Positions 1 through 8,317 of a stretch of DNA of 32,808 nt are shown piece by piece. Position 1 is the stretch's first letter. Each line of letters starts with the position of its first letter. The DNA is taken from assembly GCA_035063585.1 (NCBI GenBank), contig JAPSGB010000050.1, forward strand, positions 1-32,808, written 5' to 3'. A program made the translations under genes and the position numbers. The notes beneath the pieces were generated by a model, which was given only the letters and a program-made list of their open reading frames with translations, did not search any database and was not told the origin of the DNA. The stretch comes from Polyangiaceae bacterium. GTDB lineage: Bacteria > Myxococcota_A > Polyangia > Polyangiales > Polyangiaceae.

Positions 1-267
1 GGGACCGTAGAGCGGCTGGTAGGGCGGGGGAGCCGTGGGCGGGGGAGCCGTGGGCGGGGGAGCCGTGGGCGGGGGAGCCGTGGGCGGGGGAGCCGTGGGC
101 GGGGGAGCCGTGGGCGGGGGCGGCTCGGCCGGCGGCGCGGGTGGCGGAGCCGCGGGTGGCGGCGGCTCGGCGGGCGGTGCGGGCGGGATGCTCGGCTGCG
201 CCGCCCCGCGGCTCGTGGCGAGAGCGAGCGCGCTCGCGAGGGAGAGAGTGAGCAGGGCTCGGGACAT
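1..267 (-). CDS. Secreted Pro-rich protein, 5' part only (runs off the window)
   Basis: Read manually, not in the ORF track. ATG at 267 gives MSRALLTLSLASALALATSRGAAQPSIPPAPPAEPPPP...(PTAPP)n...YQPPLYGP: a signal-peptide-like N-terminus and a Pro-rich linker, with no stop to position 1. Confidence 0.75.
   Translation of the reverse strand, partial: MSRALLTLSLASALALATSRGAAQPSIPPAPPAEPPPPAAPPPAPPAEPPPPTAPPPTAPPPTAPPPTAPPPTAPPPTAPPPYQPLYGP
22..120. repeat. 15-bp tandem repeat GGGCGGGGGAGCCGT, 6 full copies plus a partial copy
   Basis: Exact copies at 22, 37, 52, 67, 82 and 97, partial at 112. Encodes PTAPP repeats on the minus strand. Confidence 0.95.
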
Positions 268-357
268 CGGTGCCGGGCGCAAATGCTACACCCAATCGGC
301 CCGCGCGTCGCTCGGTTGCGCGCCGCGGGGGCAGCGCGCAGGGTTCGCAGCCCGCCG

Positions 358-939
358 ATGGTTCGCCGCCTCCCCATCGTCCAGTTCAGCTCTCCCGAGG
401 AGGAGGCCGCCGCCTCGCGCCCACGCTGGCACTGGGCCTTCATCGGAGGCGCGCTGATCTTCAGCCTCTGGATCCCGCTCGCCATCATCTCCGAGTGGGT
501 CGTGACGGTGCTGTCGGGCCCGCTCGTGAACATCCAGGATCCGGAGGCCGTGGCGCGCTTCACCGAGCGCGCGTCACCCGGTCACCGCGTGGCGCTCGCC
601 GCGAGCGTGCTCGGGCCGGTCGTGCTCGCGTACGTCCTGGCGTGCTTGGCCGGCGGCGCGCTGGTCGGGCGCTACGGGGTTCGCGCGCGGGCCCTCGACG
701 CGGCTCTCGGCGGCGTGCTCGCCGCCACGACGGCGTGGCTGGTCGCCACGGTGGGCGGTGCGCTCCAGCCCTTCAGCCTCTCGGTGGCGACCTTGATCGT
801 CCTGACCGCGAGCGGCGGGCTCCTCGCGGGCGTCGCCGGGCGATTTGGCTACCGCAAGCGCCCGGGGATCCGCCGGCTGCTCGCCCGCGCCCGCGCGGAG
901 TCCGGTCCCGAGGTGGACCGCCCGCCGGTCGGGCACTAG
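358..939 (+). CDS. Hypothetical multi-pass membrane protein
   Basis: MVRRLPIVQF... has about four hydrophobic segments. Its stop is 1 nt before the ccmE ATG. Start at 358 is my choice within ORF 283..939. Confidence 0.7.
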   Translation: MVRRLPIVQFSSPEEEAAASRPRWHWAFIGGALIFSLWIPLAIISEWVVTVLSGPLVNIQDPEAVARFTERASPGHRVALAASVLGPVVLAYVLACLAGGALVGRYGVRARALDAALGGVLAATTAWLVATVGGALQPFSLSVATLIVLTASGGLLAGVAGRFGYRKRPGIRRLLARARAESGPEVDRPPVGH

Positions 940-940
940 G

Positions 941-1522
941 ATGACGGGCGACATGAGTCGACTCGACGATGAGCTGGCCGAGGCGGTAGACGCCATCGAG
1001 TCCGGGCATCCGGTGCCCGTCGCGGTGACCGCGCCGCCCCGACCCCCAGCCCCCAAGCGGAACCTCGCGCTCCTCGCCGCGCTGCTGGTGATGGGAGGCG
1101 GGATCCTCACGCTCGTGCTCACGAGCTTCAATGACTCGGCCGTCTACTCGAAGAACGTCGACGAGCTGCTCGCCGAGCGCTCGCGGCTCGAGGACCGCGC
1201 GGTGCGCGTCACCGGCGTGCTCGTGAAGGGCACGCTCGTGCATCGCGACCAGCCCTGCGAGTACCGCTTCAAGATGAGCAAGAACGGCGCCGTGCTCGAC
1301 GTCCGCTACGCGCAGTGCGTGGTGCCGGACACCTTCCGAGACATGCCGGGGATGGACGTCGAGGTCACCGCCGAGGGCAAGCTCACCGAGGGCGGTGGCT
1401 TCGAGGCCGATCAGATCATGGCCAAGTGCCCGTCGAAGTACGAAATGAAGGATCGCGAGAACCACGGCGAGAAGGCTCCGCACACCGCCGTCTCCGAGGC
1501 CGAGCGCCCGAGCGGGTCCTGA
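941..1522 (+). CDS. ccmE: Cytochrome c maturation heme chaperone CcmE, CxxxY type
   Basis: N-terminal TM anchor, VRVTGVLVKGT, VVPDTF, EVTAEG and the C-terminal AKCPSKY heme-binding motif. Start is 941 or 953. Confidence 0.85.
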   Translation: MTGDMSRLDDELAEAVDAIESGHPVPVAVTAPPRPPAPKRNLALLAALLVMGGGILTLVLTSFNDSAVYSKNVDELLAERSRLEDRAVRVTGVLVKGTLVHRDQPCEYRFKMSKNGAVLDVRYAQCVVPDTFRDMPGMDVEVTAEGKLTEGGGFEADQIMAKCPSKYEMKDRENHGEKAPHTAVSEAERPSGS

Positions 1523-1541
1523 AGGAACCGGCGCCTCCATC

Positions 1542-2570
1542 ATGTGGGATCGATTCCTCCGCGCGTGTCGCCGCGAGCCGGCCGACACGACCCCCGTCTG
1601 GTTCATGCGTCAGGCGGGGCGTTACATGGCAGAATACCGCGCGATTCGCGCGAAGCACACGCTCCTCGAGATCTGCCAACAGCCAGAGCTCGCCGCCGAG
1701 GTCACGCTCCAGCCGGTGCGCGCGTTCGGGGTGGACGCGGCCATCCTCTTCGCTGACATCCTCTTGCCGCTCGAGCCGATGGGCGCGCCCTTCGAGTTCG
1801 CGGCCGGCGAAGGGCCGCGTATCCACCACCCGGTGCGCGATCGCGCGGCCGTCGAGCGCCTCCGCTCGTTCGAGCCCGAGGAGGGGCTCGCCCATGTGCT
1901 CGAGGCGATCCGGCTAGTCCGTCGCGAGCTCGACGGCAAGACGCCGCTCATCGGGTTCGCGGGCGCGCCGTTCACCCTCGCGAGCTACCTCGTCGAGGGC
2001 GGCAAGAGCACGAACTTCGCGCTCACCAAGCGGCTCATGTACGGCGAGCCCGAGACGTGGCACGCGCTCATGAGCAAGCTCGCCGAGGTCGTCCGCCGCT
2101 ATCTCCGCGCGCAGCTCGCCGCCGGCGCTCAGGCCGTGCAGCTCTTCGACTCCTGGGTCGGGCAGCTCTCCCCGCTCGACTACGCCGAGTTCGTGCAGCC
2201 GCACGTCGAGCATGTGCTCGCCGAGCTGCCGGCGCTCGGCGCCCCGGTGATTCACTTCGGCACCGGCACCGGCTCGCTCCTCGAGCTCCAGCGGGCCGCG
2301 GGCGGGACCGTGATCGGCGTCGACTGGCGGACCCCGCTCGGCCAAGCCTGGGAGCGGCTCGGCCCTGACGTCGCGGTCCAGGGCAACCTCGATCCGCTCC
2401 TGCTCGGCGCGCCGCGCGAGCTCCTCGCCCGCCGCGTGAAGCACATCCTCGACGAGGCCGGCGGGCGCGCCGGCCATATCTTCAACCTCGGCCACGGCAT
2501 CCTCCCCGAGACCTCGCCGGACGCCGTGAAGTACGTCGTGGAGCTCGTCCACGAGCTCGGCGCTCGATGA
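1542..2570 (+). CDS. hemE: Uroporphyrinogen decarboxylase
   Basis: PVWFMRQAGRY, AAILFADIL, IGFAGAPFTLASY, QGNLDP and FNLGHGI signature motifs. Confidence 0.97.
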   Translation: MWDRFLRACRREPADTTPVWFMRQAGRYMAEYRAIRAKHTLLEICQQPELAAEVTLQPVRAFGVDAAILFADILLPLEPMGAPFEFAAGEGPRIHHPVRDRAAVERLRSFEPEEGLAHVLEAIRLVRRELDGKTPLIGFAGAPFTLASYLVEGGKSTNFALTKRLMYGEPETWHALMSKLAEVVRRYLRAQLAAGAQAVQLFDSWVGQLSPLDYAEFVQPHVEHVLAELPALGAPVIHFGTGTGSLLELQRAAGGTVIGVDWRTPLGQAWERLGPDVAVQGNLDPLLLGAPRELLARRVKHILDEAGGRAGHIFNLGHGILPETSPDAVKYVVELVHELGAR

Positions 2571-4027
2571 CGAGCGGCGCGCGACGACGCGTGCTCGTCA
2601 TCGGCGGCGGCGTCACCGGGCTCACCGCCGCGTACCGCATCCGTCGCGCGCGGTCAGACGTCGAGGTGGCGGTCCTCGAGCGGCGCGCGCGGCTCGGCGG
2701 CAACATCGTCACCGAGCGCCGCGACGGCTTTCTGCTCGACGGCGGCCCGGACTCCTTCCTCCGCACCAAGCCCGAGGCCGTGAAGCTCTGCCGTGAGCTC
2801 GGCCTCGAGACGGATCTCGTGACGCCTCGCGAGGAGGCGCGCGCGGTGTATGTCGTAAGCCGCGGGCGGCTCGAGCGCATGCCGGGCGGCATGGCGCTCG
2901 CGGTGCCCACGCGGCTCTGGCCGATGCTCGTCACTCCGCTGCTCTCTCCGGCCGGCAAGCTCCGGATGCTCGGTGACGTGCTGCGCCGCGGCGAGCCCGA
3001 GGAAGACGAATCGATCGAGCGCTTCATCACCCGGCGCTTCGGCCACGAGGCGGCCGCGCGGCTCGCCGCGCCGCTCCTCGGCGGGATCTACGCCGGCGAC
3101 ATCGCCGAGCTCAGCGTGCGCGCCACCTTCCCGCAGCTCGCCGAGCTCGAACGCGAGCACGGCAGCCTGGTGCGCGGCCTCTTCGCCGCGCAGCGCGCGC
3201 GGGCGGGCGCGCCGCCGCCGGGCGGCGGGCTCCGGGGCGCGCGCGATTTCCTACGCTGGCTCCACCGCGAGGCGGAGCTGGCGCCGAGCCCGTTTCAATC
3301 GCTCCGCGGCGGGATGGGCTCGCTCATCGACGAGCTCGCGACAGCGTTGCCGCCGGGAGCCGCGCGGACCGGCGCGGCCGCGCGCCGCGTGACGCGCGAG
3401 GGCGCGCGCTTTCGCGTCGAGCTCGAGGGTGGCGAGCGCCTCGATGCGGACGCGATCGTCATCGCGGCCCCGGCCCACGTGGCCGCGCGGCTCCTCGACG
3501 ACGCCTCGCTCGCGAGCGAGCTCTCCGCGATCCCCTACGTCTCGACGGCGACCGTGTTCTTCGCCCTGCGCCGCCACGCGGTGTCGCACCCGCTCGATGG
3601 CGTCGGGTTCATCGTGCCGCCCGGCGAGGCGCGCATCCTCGCGGCCACCTGGGTGAGCAGCAAGTGGGAGGGGCGCGCGCCCGAGAGTCACGCGCTGCTC
3701 CGCGCGTTCGTGGGCGGCGCCCCGGCGCGCGGCTCGCTCGACGTGAAGGAGACCAGCGACGACGAGCTCGCCCGGGTCGCGAAAGATGAGCTCGAGCGGC
3801 TCATGGGCCCCATCGGCGCGCCGCTCTTCACTCGGGTCTTTCGCTACGAGGACTCGAACCCGCAGCCGGTGGTTGGGCACCTCGCGCGGCTCGCGCGCAT
3901 CACCGAGCGCACCGCGCTCGTGCCGGGCCTCTATCTCGCGGGCGCCCCGTACGACGGCGTGGGCATCCCCGACTGCGTCCGACAGGCCGAGCACGTCGCG
4001 GCCCGCGTGCTCGCCGAGCGCTGCTGA
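2567..4027 (+). CDS. hemY: HemY-type protoporphyrinogen/coproporphyrinogen oxidase (FAD)
   Basis: IGGGVTGL Rossmann motif, DGGPDSF, GGIYAGD and GVGIPDCV. ATGA overlap with hemE. Confidence 0.93.
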   Translation: MTSGARRRVLVIGGGVTGLTAAYRIRRARSDVEVAVLERRARLGGNIVTERRDGFLLDGGPDSFLRTKPEAVKLCRELGLETDLVTPREEARAVYVVSRGRLERMPGGMALAVPTRLWPMLVTPLLSPAGKLRMLGDVLRRGEPEEDESIERFITRRFGHEAAARLAAPLLGGIYAGDIAELSVRATFPQLAELEREHGSLVRGLFAAQRARAGAPPPGGGLRGARDFLRWLHREAELAPSPFQSLRGGMGSLIDELATALPPGAARTGAAARRVTREGARFRVELEGGERLDADAIVIAAPAHVAARLLDDASLASELSAIPYVSTATVFFALRRHAVSHPLDGVGFIVPPGEARILAATWVSSKWEGRAPESHALLRAFVGGAPARGSLDVKETSDDELARVAKDELERLMGPIGAPLFTRVFRYEDSNPQPVVGHLARLARITERTALVPGLYLAGAPYDGVGIPDCVRQAEHVAARVLAERC

Positions 4028-4032
4028 GTGAG

Positions 4033-4061
4033 GGTGTCGGTCCGTCGCGGCCGGCGTCGCG
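4033..4061 (+). repeat. REP-like intergenic hairpin repeat, copy A
   Basis: GGTGTCGGTCCGTCGCGGCCGGCGTCGCG, 28/29 identical to the reverse complement of 5404-5432. Lies 5 nt after the hemY stop. Confidence 0.75.
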
Positions 4062-4079
4062 CGCGCGCCGCGACGACCC

Positions 4080-4153
4080 TGGTTCCGGCGCATGGATTCG
4101 AACCATGATTCAGGGATTCAAAGTCCCTTGTCCTGCCTTTAGACGACGCCGGA
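4080..4153 (-). tRNA. tRNA-Gln (anticodon TTG)
   Basis: Minus strand TCCGGCG...CGCCGGA-A-CCA acceptor stem, anticodon arm AGGGA-CT TTG AA-TCCCT, T-loop GGTTCGAATCC, encoded CCA. 74 nt. Confidence 0.97.
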
Positions 4154-4370
4154 GTGGGGGCGGAGCTTAGCGTCGCCCTCCGCTCCAGACAACGCGCGTT
4201 CGCCCGGGAGCCCGCGCCGGGCCGGCGAGCGGTTTCCCGGGAACCTCCGCGGGGTCCGCAGTGTCGCTCGGGGGGTGGCCCACCCGCCCGGCCCGGCACC
4301 CGCGTCTCCTGCGGCTCGAGCGCCTGCGCGCGGAGAGCGCGACGCCACCCCGCTTCCGATCTACGGTGTC

Positions 4371-4997
4371 ATGGGTAGCTGGTGGGACGTGCCTGAGAGC
4401 GACGACAAGAGCGAGTCCCGCTTCATCGAGCGGCTTCGGGCGCACGACGAGCGCGCCTTCAATGAGCTGGTCGAGGCCTATCAGAGTCGGGTCTTTCGCC
4501 TCGTGTTTCGCATGGTCGGGCGGCGCGACGAGGCCGAGGACATGGCGCAAGAGGTGTTCGTCCAGGTCTTCAAGGCGATCGGGCAGTTTCGCGGTGACTC
4601 GAAGCTCAGCACCTGGATTTATCGAATTGCCGTGAACCTCTGCAAGAACCGCGTGAAGTACCTCTCGCGCCGCCACACCGACGCGCAGGACGAGCTCGAA
4701 CCGGTCGCCGAACGCGCGGCGCTCACCGCCGCCAAGGGAGTCACCGCGAGCGACGTCGCGCGACCCGATCATCTCGCCGAGGGACACCAGGTCGAGCGCA
4801 TCGTGCAGGTGTGCATCGCCGAGCTCGAGCCGGACTTTCGCGAGGTGCTCATCCTGCGTGACGTCGAGGACCTGAGCTACGAGGAAATCATGGAGGTGAC
4901 CGGCCTGGCCGAGGGCACCGTCAAGAGCCGCATCCATCGCGCGCGCGGCATGCTGAAGGCGCTGGTCGAGCGCGCGCTCGGGGAGAAAATCGCATGA
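4371..4997 (+). CDS. ECF (sigma-70 group 4) RNA polymerase sigma factor
   Basis: AFNELVEAY, DEAEDMAQEVF, STWIYRIAVNLC and region 4 LSYEEI...EGTVKSRIHRAR. Start is 4371 ATG or 4389 GTG. Confidence 0.93.
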   Translation: MGSWWDVPESDDKSESRFIERLRAHDERAFNELVEAYQSRVFRLVFRMVGRRDEAEDMAQEVFVQVFKAIGQFRGDSKLSTWIYRIAVNLCKNRVKYLSRRHTDAQDELEPVAERAALTAAKGVTASDVARPDHLAEGHQVERIVQVCIAELEPDFREVLILRDVEDLSYEEIMEVTGLAEGTVKSRIHRARGMLKALVERALGEKIA

Positions 4998-5332
4998 GCG
5001 ATGATCGTGAAGAGCCGCTGGTTCCCGATGGCGAGGAGAGCGAGGAGCTGCGCGAGTTGCTCCGCGGCGCGCTCGGCGGCGGTGAGCCGGCGCCGGGCGG
5101 CGAGCTCCTGCGCGGCGTGCAGCAGCGCCTGCGCGAGCGGAGCGGCGGGAAGTTCTACGCCGATCGCTGGAGCACGGCGCGCCACCCGCCCATCGCGACG
5201 TATCTCCTCACCAGCCTGCTCATGCTGACGATCGTGCTGGTCGTCTATGCGGTGCTCACGCCGACCTCGGGCGAGCCCGTGGAGGCGCCCGTGACGCCCG
5301 CCCCGGTGCACGTGCTCCCTCCGAAACACTAA
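4994..5332 (+). CDS. Small single-pass membrane protein, putative anti-sigma factor
   Basis: ATGA-coupled to the ECF sigma gene, one TM helix (YLLTSLLMLTIVLVVYAVL). The function is inferred from position only. Confidence 0.65.
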   Translation: MSDDREEPLVPDGEESEELRELLRGALGGGEPAPGGELLRGVQQRLRERSGGKFYADRWSTARHPPIATYLLTSLLMLTIVLVVYAVLTPTSGEPVEAPVTPAPVHVLPPKH

Positions 5333-5403
5333 ACGATTCTATTTAGTGATTCGTCGATAGTAATTAGCTCAGTAAACCATTCGGTGAGAGCCGCATGGGC
5401 GGC

Positions 5404-5432
5404 CGCGACGCCGGCCGCGACGGACCGGCACC
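5404..5432 (-). repeat. REP-like intergenic hairpin repeat, copy B
   Basis: Reverse complement is GGTGCCGGTCCGTCGCGGCCGGCGTCGCG, 7 nt after the PP2C stop in sense orientation. Confidence 0.75.
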
Positions 5433-5439
5433 TCTCGGG

Positions 5440-6213
5440 CTACTCGATCCAGCGGGCGAGCACGCAGGTGACGTTGTCGGGGCCGCCGTTCTCGTTGGCC
5501 GCCTCGATGAGGCGGTTCGCGGCGCTCGGCAGATCGGGCGCGGTCAGCACGATCTCGAGGATCTTTTCATCGGTCACCGGGCCGCTGAGGCCGTCGCTGC
5601 AGAGCAGCACCGTGTCGCCTGCGCGCGGCGCCTCGAAGCGGGTGTCCACCTTGACCGTGTCTTTCATGCCGAGCGCGCGGACGATCACGTTCTTGTGCGG
5701 AAAGGCCGCGATCTCCTCCTCGGTGAGCTTCTTCATCTTCTTGTAGTCGTTGAGCAGCGAGTGATCCTCGGTAAGCTGCTCGATCTTCTCGTTGCGGACG
5801 CGGTAGACGCGGCTGTCGCCGACGTGCGCGACGTAGACGCCGTCTTCCACCGCGAAGAGCGCCACCAGGGTGGTGCCCATGCCACGCTGCTTGGAGTTTC
5901 GCTGAGCCTGCTCGTAGATGCGGAGGTTGCAGAGCTTGATGCCGGTGATGAGCCGGTTCTCCTCGTAGCCCTTGCTCCGGTCCATCTTGTAGGGCCAGGT
6001 GCGCTCGGGATCGTCGGCGGTCGCCGCGAAGAACTCTTGCAGCGTGTCGACCGCCATCTTGGACGCGACCTCGCCCGAGGCGTGACCGCCCATGCCGTCG
6101 GCGACCACATACAGGCCGTACTCCGCGAGGATCGCGAAGTTGTCCTCGTTGTGGTTGCGCTTGCGGCCGACGTCCGTCTGCCCAGCGACCTCGATACGCA
6201 GCGGACCGCTCAC
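5440..6213 (-). CDS. PP2C-family Ser/Thr protein phosphatase (Stp1/PrpC-like)
   Basis: TDVGRKRNHNED, VVADGMGGH, GMGTT, HVGDSRVY, LLCSDGL and GGPDNVT motifs. Confidence 0.95.
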   Translation of the reverse strand: MSGPLRIEVAGQTDVGRKRNHNEDNFAILAEYGLYVVADGMGGHASGEVASKMAVDTLQEFFAATADDPERTWPYKMDRSKGYEENRLITGIKLCNLRIYEQAQRNSKQRGMGTTLVALFAVEDGVYVAHVGDSRVYRVRNEKIEQLTEDHSLLNDYKKMKKLTEEEIAAFPHKNVIVRALGMKDTVKVDTRFEAPRAGDTVLLCSDGLSGPVTDEKILEIVLTAPDLPSAANRLIEAANENGGPDNVTCVLARWIE

Positions 6214-6291
6214 GCGCTCATCCCGACTTTGGCGACGACGCCCGCGGGCGTCGCGAAGGTTGAGGACATCTGGGGCCGCTCACCGGTGGTC

Positions 6292-6320
6292 AGTCTAGAC
6301 GTTTGGTGAAATTCACCAAA
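6292..6320 (-). promoter_or_regulatory. Putative PP2C promoter (-10 TAGACT) with an overlapping 9-1-9 palindromic operator
   Basis: TTTGGTGAA-A-TTCACCAAA at 6302-6320 is a perfect inverted repeat. Minus-strand TAGACT lies at 6292-6297. Confidence 0.5.
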
Positions 6321-6423
6321 TGATTCGGGAATATCCTCCCCTTTAGGGCGTCCGCCTGTCAACGCCAGTCGTCGCGAGGCCGGGAAATTCCCGATTTCTG
6401 CCCGAGGTCGGCCCCCGCAGCTC

Positions 6424-7557
6424 CTAGTAACCGGGGTCGTCGATGGGCAGCGGCCGACGGATGGGAGGGCTCGGAGCGGGCGGGTTCGCGCGCTTCGGCG
6501 GCGCCGCGCCGGGCCCGCTCGTGAGCGTGACCGTCACGCGGCGAAACTTGTCGCCGCCGAACACGAGGAGCTCGACGCGGTCGCCCACGCCGTGGGCGCC
6601 GATGCGCGCGGCGAGCTCTTCGGGCGACGCGACGGGGAGATCGTCCACCGCGATGATCACGTCCGACCCGCTCGGGTCCGCGCCGCCGCGGAGCCCGGCG
6701 CCGGCGGCCTGGCTCTCGGGGGGCACGACGAGCACGCGCACGCCCCGCGCGGGGCCGCCCGCGTCGGCGACGCCCTGGACCCCGAGCCACGGCGCCGGCA
6801 TCGCCGCGCTCGCGGGCACCGTGCGGAGGAACGCCTTCACGGTGCTCACCGGCACGCCGTACGCAGCTCGCGCGCATGGCGCCGTCGCGCCCTTTGTGCC
6901 CGTCGCGCACGCCTTGGCGAGCACCGCCACCACCGCACCCGCGTCGTCGATGATGGGTCCGCCGAGCTCGGTCGGCTGGAGTCGGCGCGCGAGCTCGAGC
7001 GCGCCCGGCGCGAGCTCGCCGCTCCCTCCGCGCAGGGTGCTCTGGCCCTTCACCGCGACGCGCGAGAGCGCCAGCTTGTTTCGGCCGGCCAGGCTGAAGC
7101 TTCGGAGCGTCGAGCCGGTCTCCGCGACCGGAGCCCGCGCGGCCGCGAGGCCCGCCGCCCAGCGGCCGCTCTCGGGGACGAGCAGCGCCAGATCCCACGC
7201 GGGATCGCTGTGCGCGAGCTGGACGCGGACGACGCTGCCGTCGGCGAAGCGCGCGTCGAGTTCCTTGCCGCTGCTGAGCGGTGAGAGCGCGGTGAGGATG
7301 CGTCCGTCCTTCGCGAGCACGGTGCCGAGACCGAGGATCCGCCCCTTGCGCTCGAGGAGGACCACGCCTTGGCGCGCGCGCTCGAGCGCCGCCGCGTCCT
7401 CGCGCGCGGCGGCGTCGGGCGAGCCGCTCGAAGCGCTGGCCGGCCCGCGCGGAGGCGCTGGGCGCGCCTGCGGCTCGGCCCCCGCGCTGCTGCCGAGCGC
7501 CAACGACAGGAGCGCTGCTGCCCCGGCCGCGCCCTTGGAGAGTGTCCGGGCGATCAC
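6424..7557 (-). CDS. HtrA-like trypsin-fold plus PDZ protein, probably catalytically inactive
   Basis: Signal peptide, then DGRILTALS, WDLALL, ELGGPII, YGVPV, and a PDZ (PWLGV...DVIIAVD...VGDRVEL). GTG start at 7557 chosen within ORF 6424..8079. Confidence 0.8.
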   Translation of the reverse strand: MIARTLSKGAAGAAALLSLALGSSAGAEPQARPAPPRGPASASSGSPDAAAREDAAALERARQGVVLLERKGRILGLGTVLAKDGRILTALSPLSSGKELDARFADGSVVRVQLAHSDPAWDLALLVPESGRWAAGLAAARAPVAETGSTLRSFSLAGRNKLALSRVAVKGQSTLRGGSGELAPGALELARRLQPTELGGPIIDDAGAVVAVLAKACATGTKGATAPCARAAYGVPVSTVKAFLRTVPASAAMPAPWLGVQGVADAGGPARGVRVLVVPPESQAAGAGLRGGADPSGSDVIIAVDDLPVASPEELAARIGAHGVGDRVELLVFGGDKFRRVTVTLTSGPGAAPPKRANPPAPSPPIRRPLPIDDPGY

Positions 7558-7625
7558 GGCCCGAGTGTAGCTCCGATCCGCCGGGCTCGCAGGCCGAGCT
7601 CGCGCCGAACCGACCCCCCCTCCGG

Positions 7626-8303
7626 TCAGCCGCGGGTAAGCTCCCGGAGCCCCGACTCCCCCGCCACGATCACGCGGTCGGCGCGGCCGATGAAGAGGCC
7701 GGTCTCGACCACGCCCGGCACCGCGTGGAGGGCTCGGTCGAGCGCGGCCGGGTCGTCGAGCGGCCCCGCGTGCACGTCGTAGAGGTAGTTGCCCGCGTCG
7801 GTCATCCACGGCGCGCCGTCGCGCAGGCGCAGCGTGACGCGGCCGAACGCCTCGAGTCGCCGCGCGGTCCCGCGGTGCGCGAAGGCGAGCACCTCGACCG
7901 GCACTGGCCAGCGCTCGCCGAGGCGCGCGGACAGCTTGCTCTCGTCGACGATGATGACGTTCACGCGCGACGCGACGTTCACGAGCTTCTCGCGGGCGTG
8001 GCAGCCGCCGCCGCCCTTCACGAGATCGAGCGCGCGGCTCACCTCGTCGGCGCCGTCCACCGTGACGTCGATGTCCCACGGGCCCGCTTCGTCGGAGAGC
8101 TCGATGCCGAGCGCCGCCGCCTGCGCGCGGGTCGCCTCGCTGGTGGGCACGCCGACCAGCCGCCGACCGCGCTTCACGAGCTCGCCGACCAGGTCGACGA
8201 AGAGCTTGGCGGTCGAGCCCGAGCCGAGCCCGATGGTGCCGGCCTCCGGGAGGAGCGCGAGCGCGGCCTCGGCCGCCCGGCGCTTGGCTTCGTCTTGCGT
8301 CAT
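7626..8303 (-). CDS. rpiA: Ribose-5-phosphate isomerase A
   Basis: IGLGSGST, DVTVDGADEV, KGGGG..REK, VPVEV and PGVVETGLF motifs. Start MTQDEAKRRAA. Confidence 0.95.
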   Translation of the reverse strand: MTQDEAKRRAAEAALALLPEAGTIGLGSGSTAKLFVDLVGELVKRGRRLVGVPTSEATRAQAAALGIELSDEAGPWDIDVTVDGADEVSRALDLVKGGGGCHAREKLVNVASRVNVIIVDESKLSARLGERWPVPVEVLAFAHRGTARRLEAFGRVTLRLRDGAPWMTDAGNYLYDVHAGPLDDPAALDRALHAVPGVVETGLFIGRADRVIVAGESGLRELTRG

Positions 8304-8317
8304 CGCCAAGGAGCCTA

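Noticed and set aside
22..120. Tandem repeat as a possible CRISPR array
   Set aside because: There are no spacers, the units are adjacent 15-mers in coding sequence, and no cas genes are present.
35..457. ORF with GGGAV repeats on the plus strand
   Set aside because: It is the antisense shadow of the Pro-rich signal-peptide gene on the minus strand.
4080..4153. tRNA-Gln as an integration site
   Set aside because: I saw no integrase and no duplicated tRNA 3' end in the window, and the flanks are core genes.
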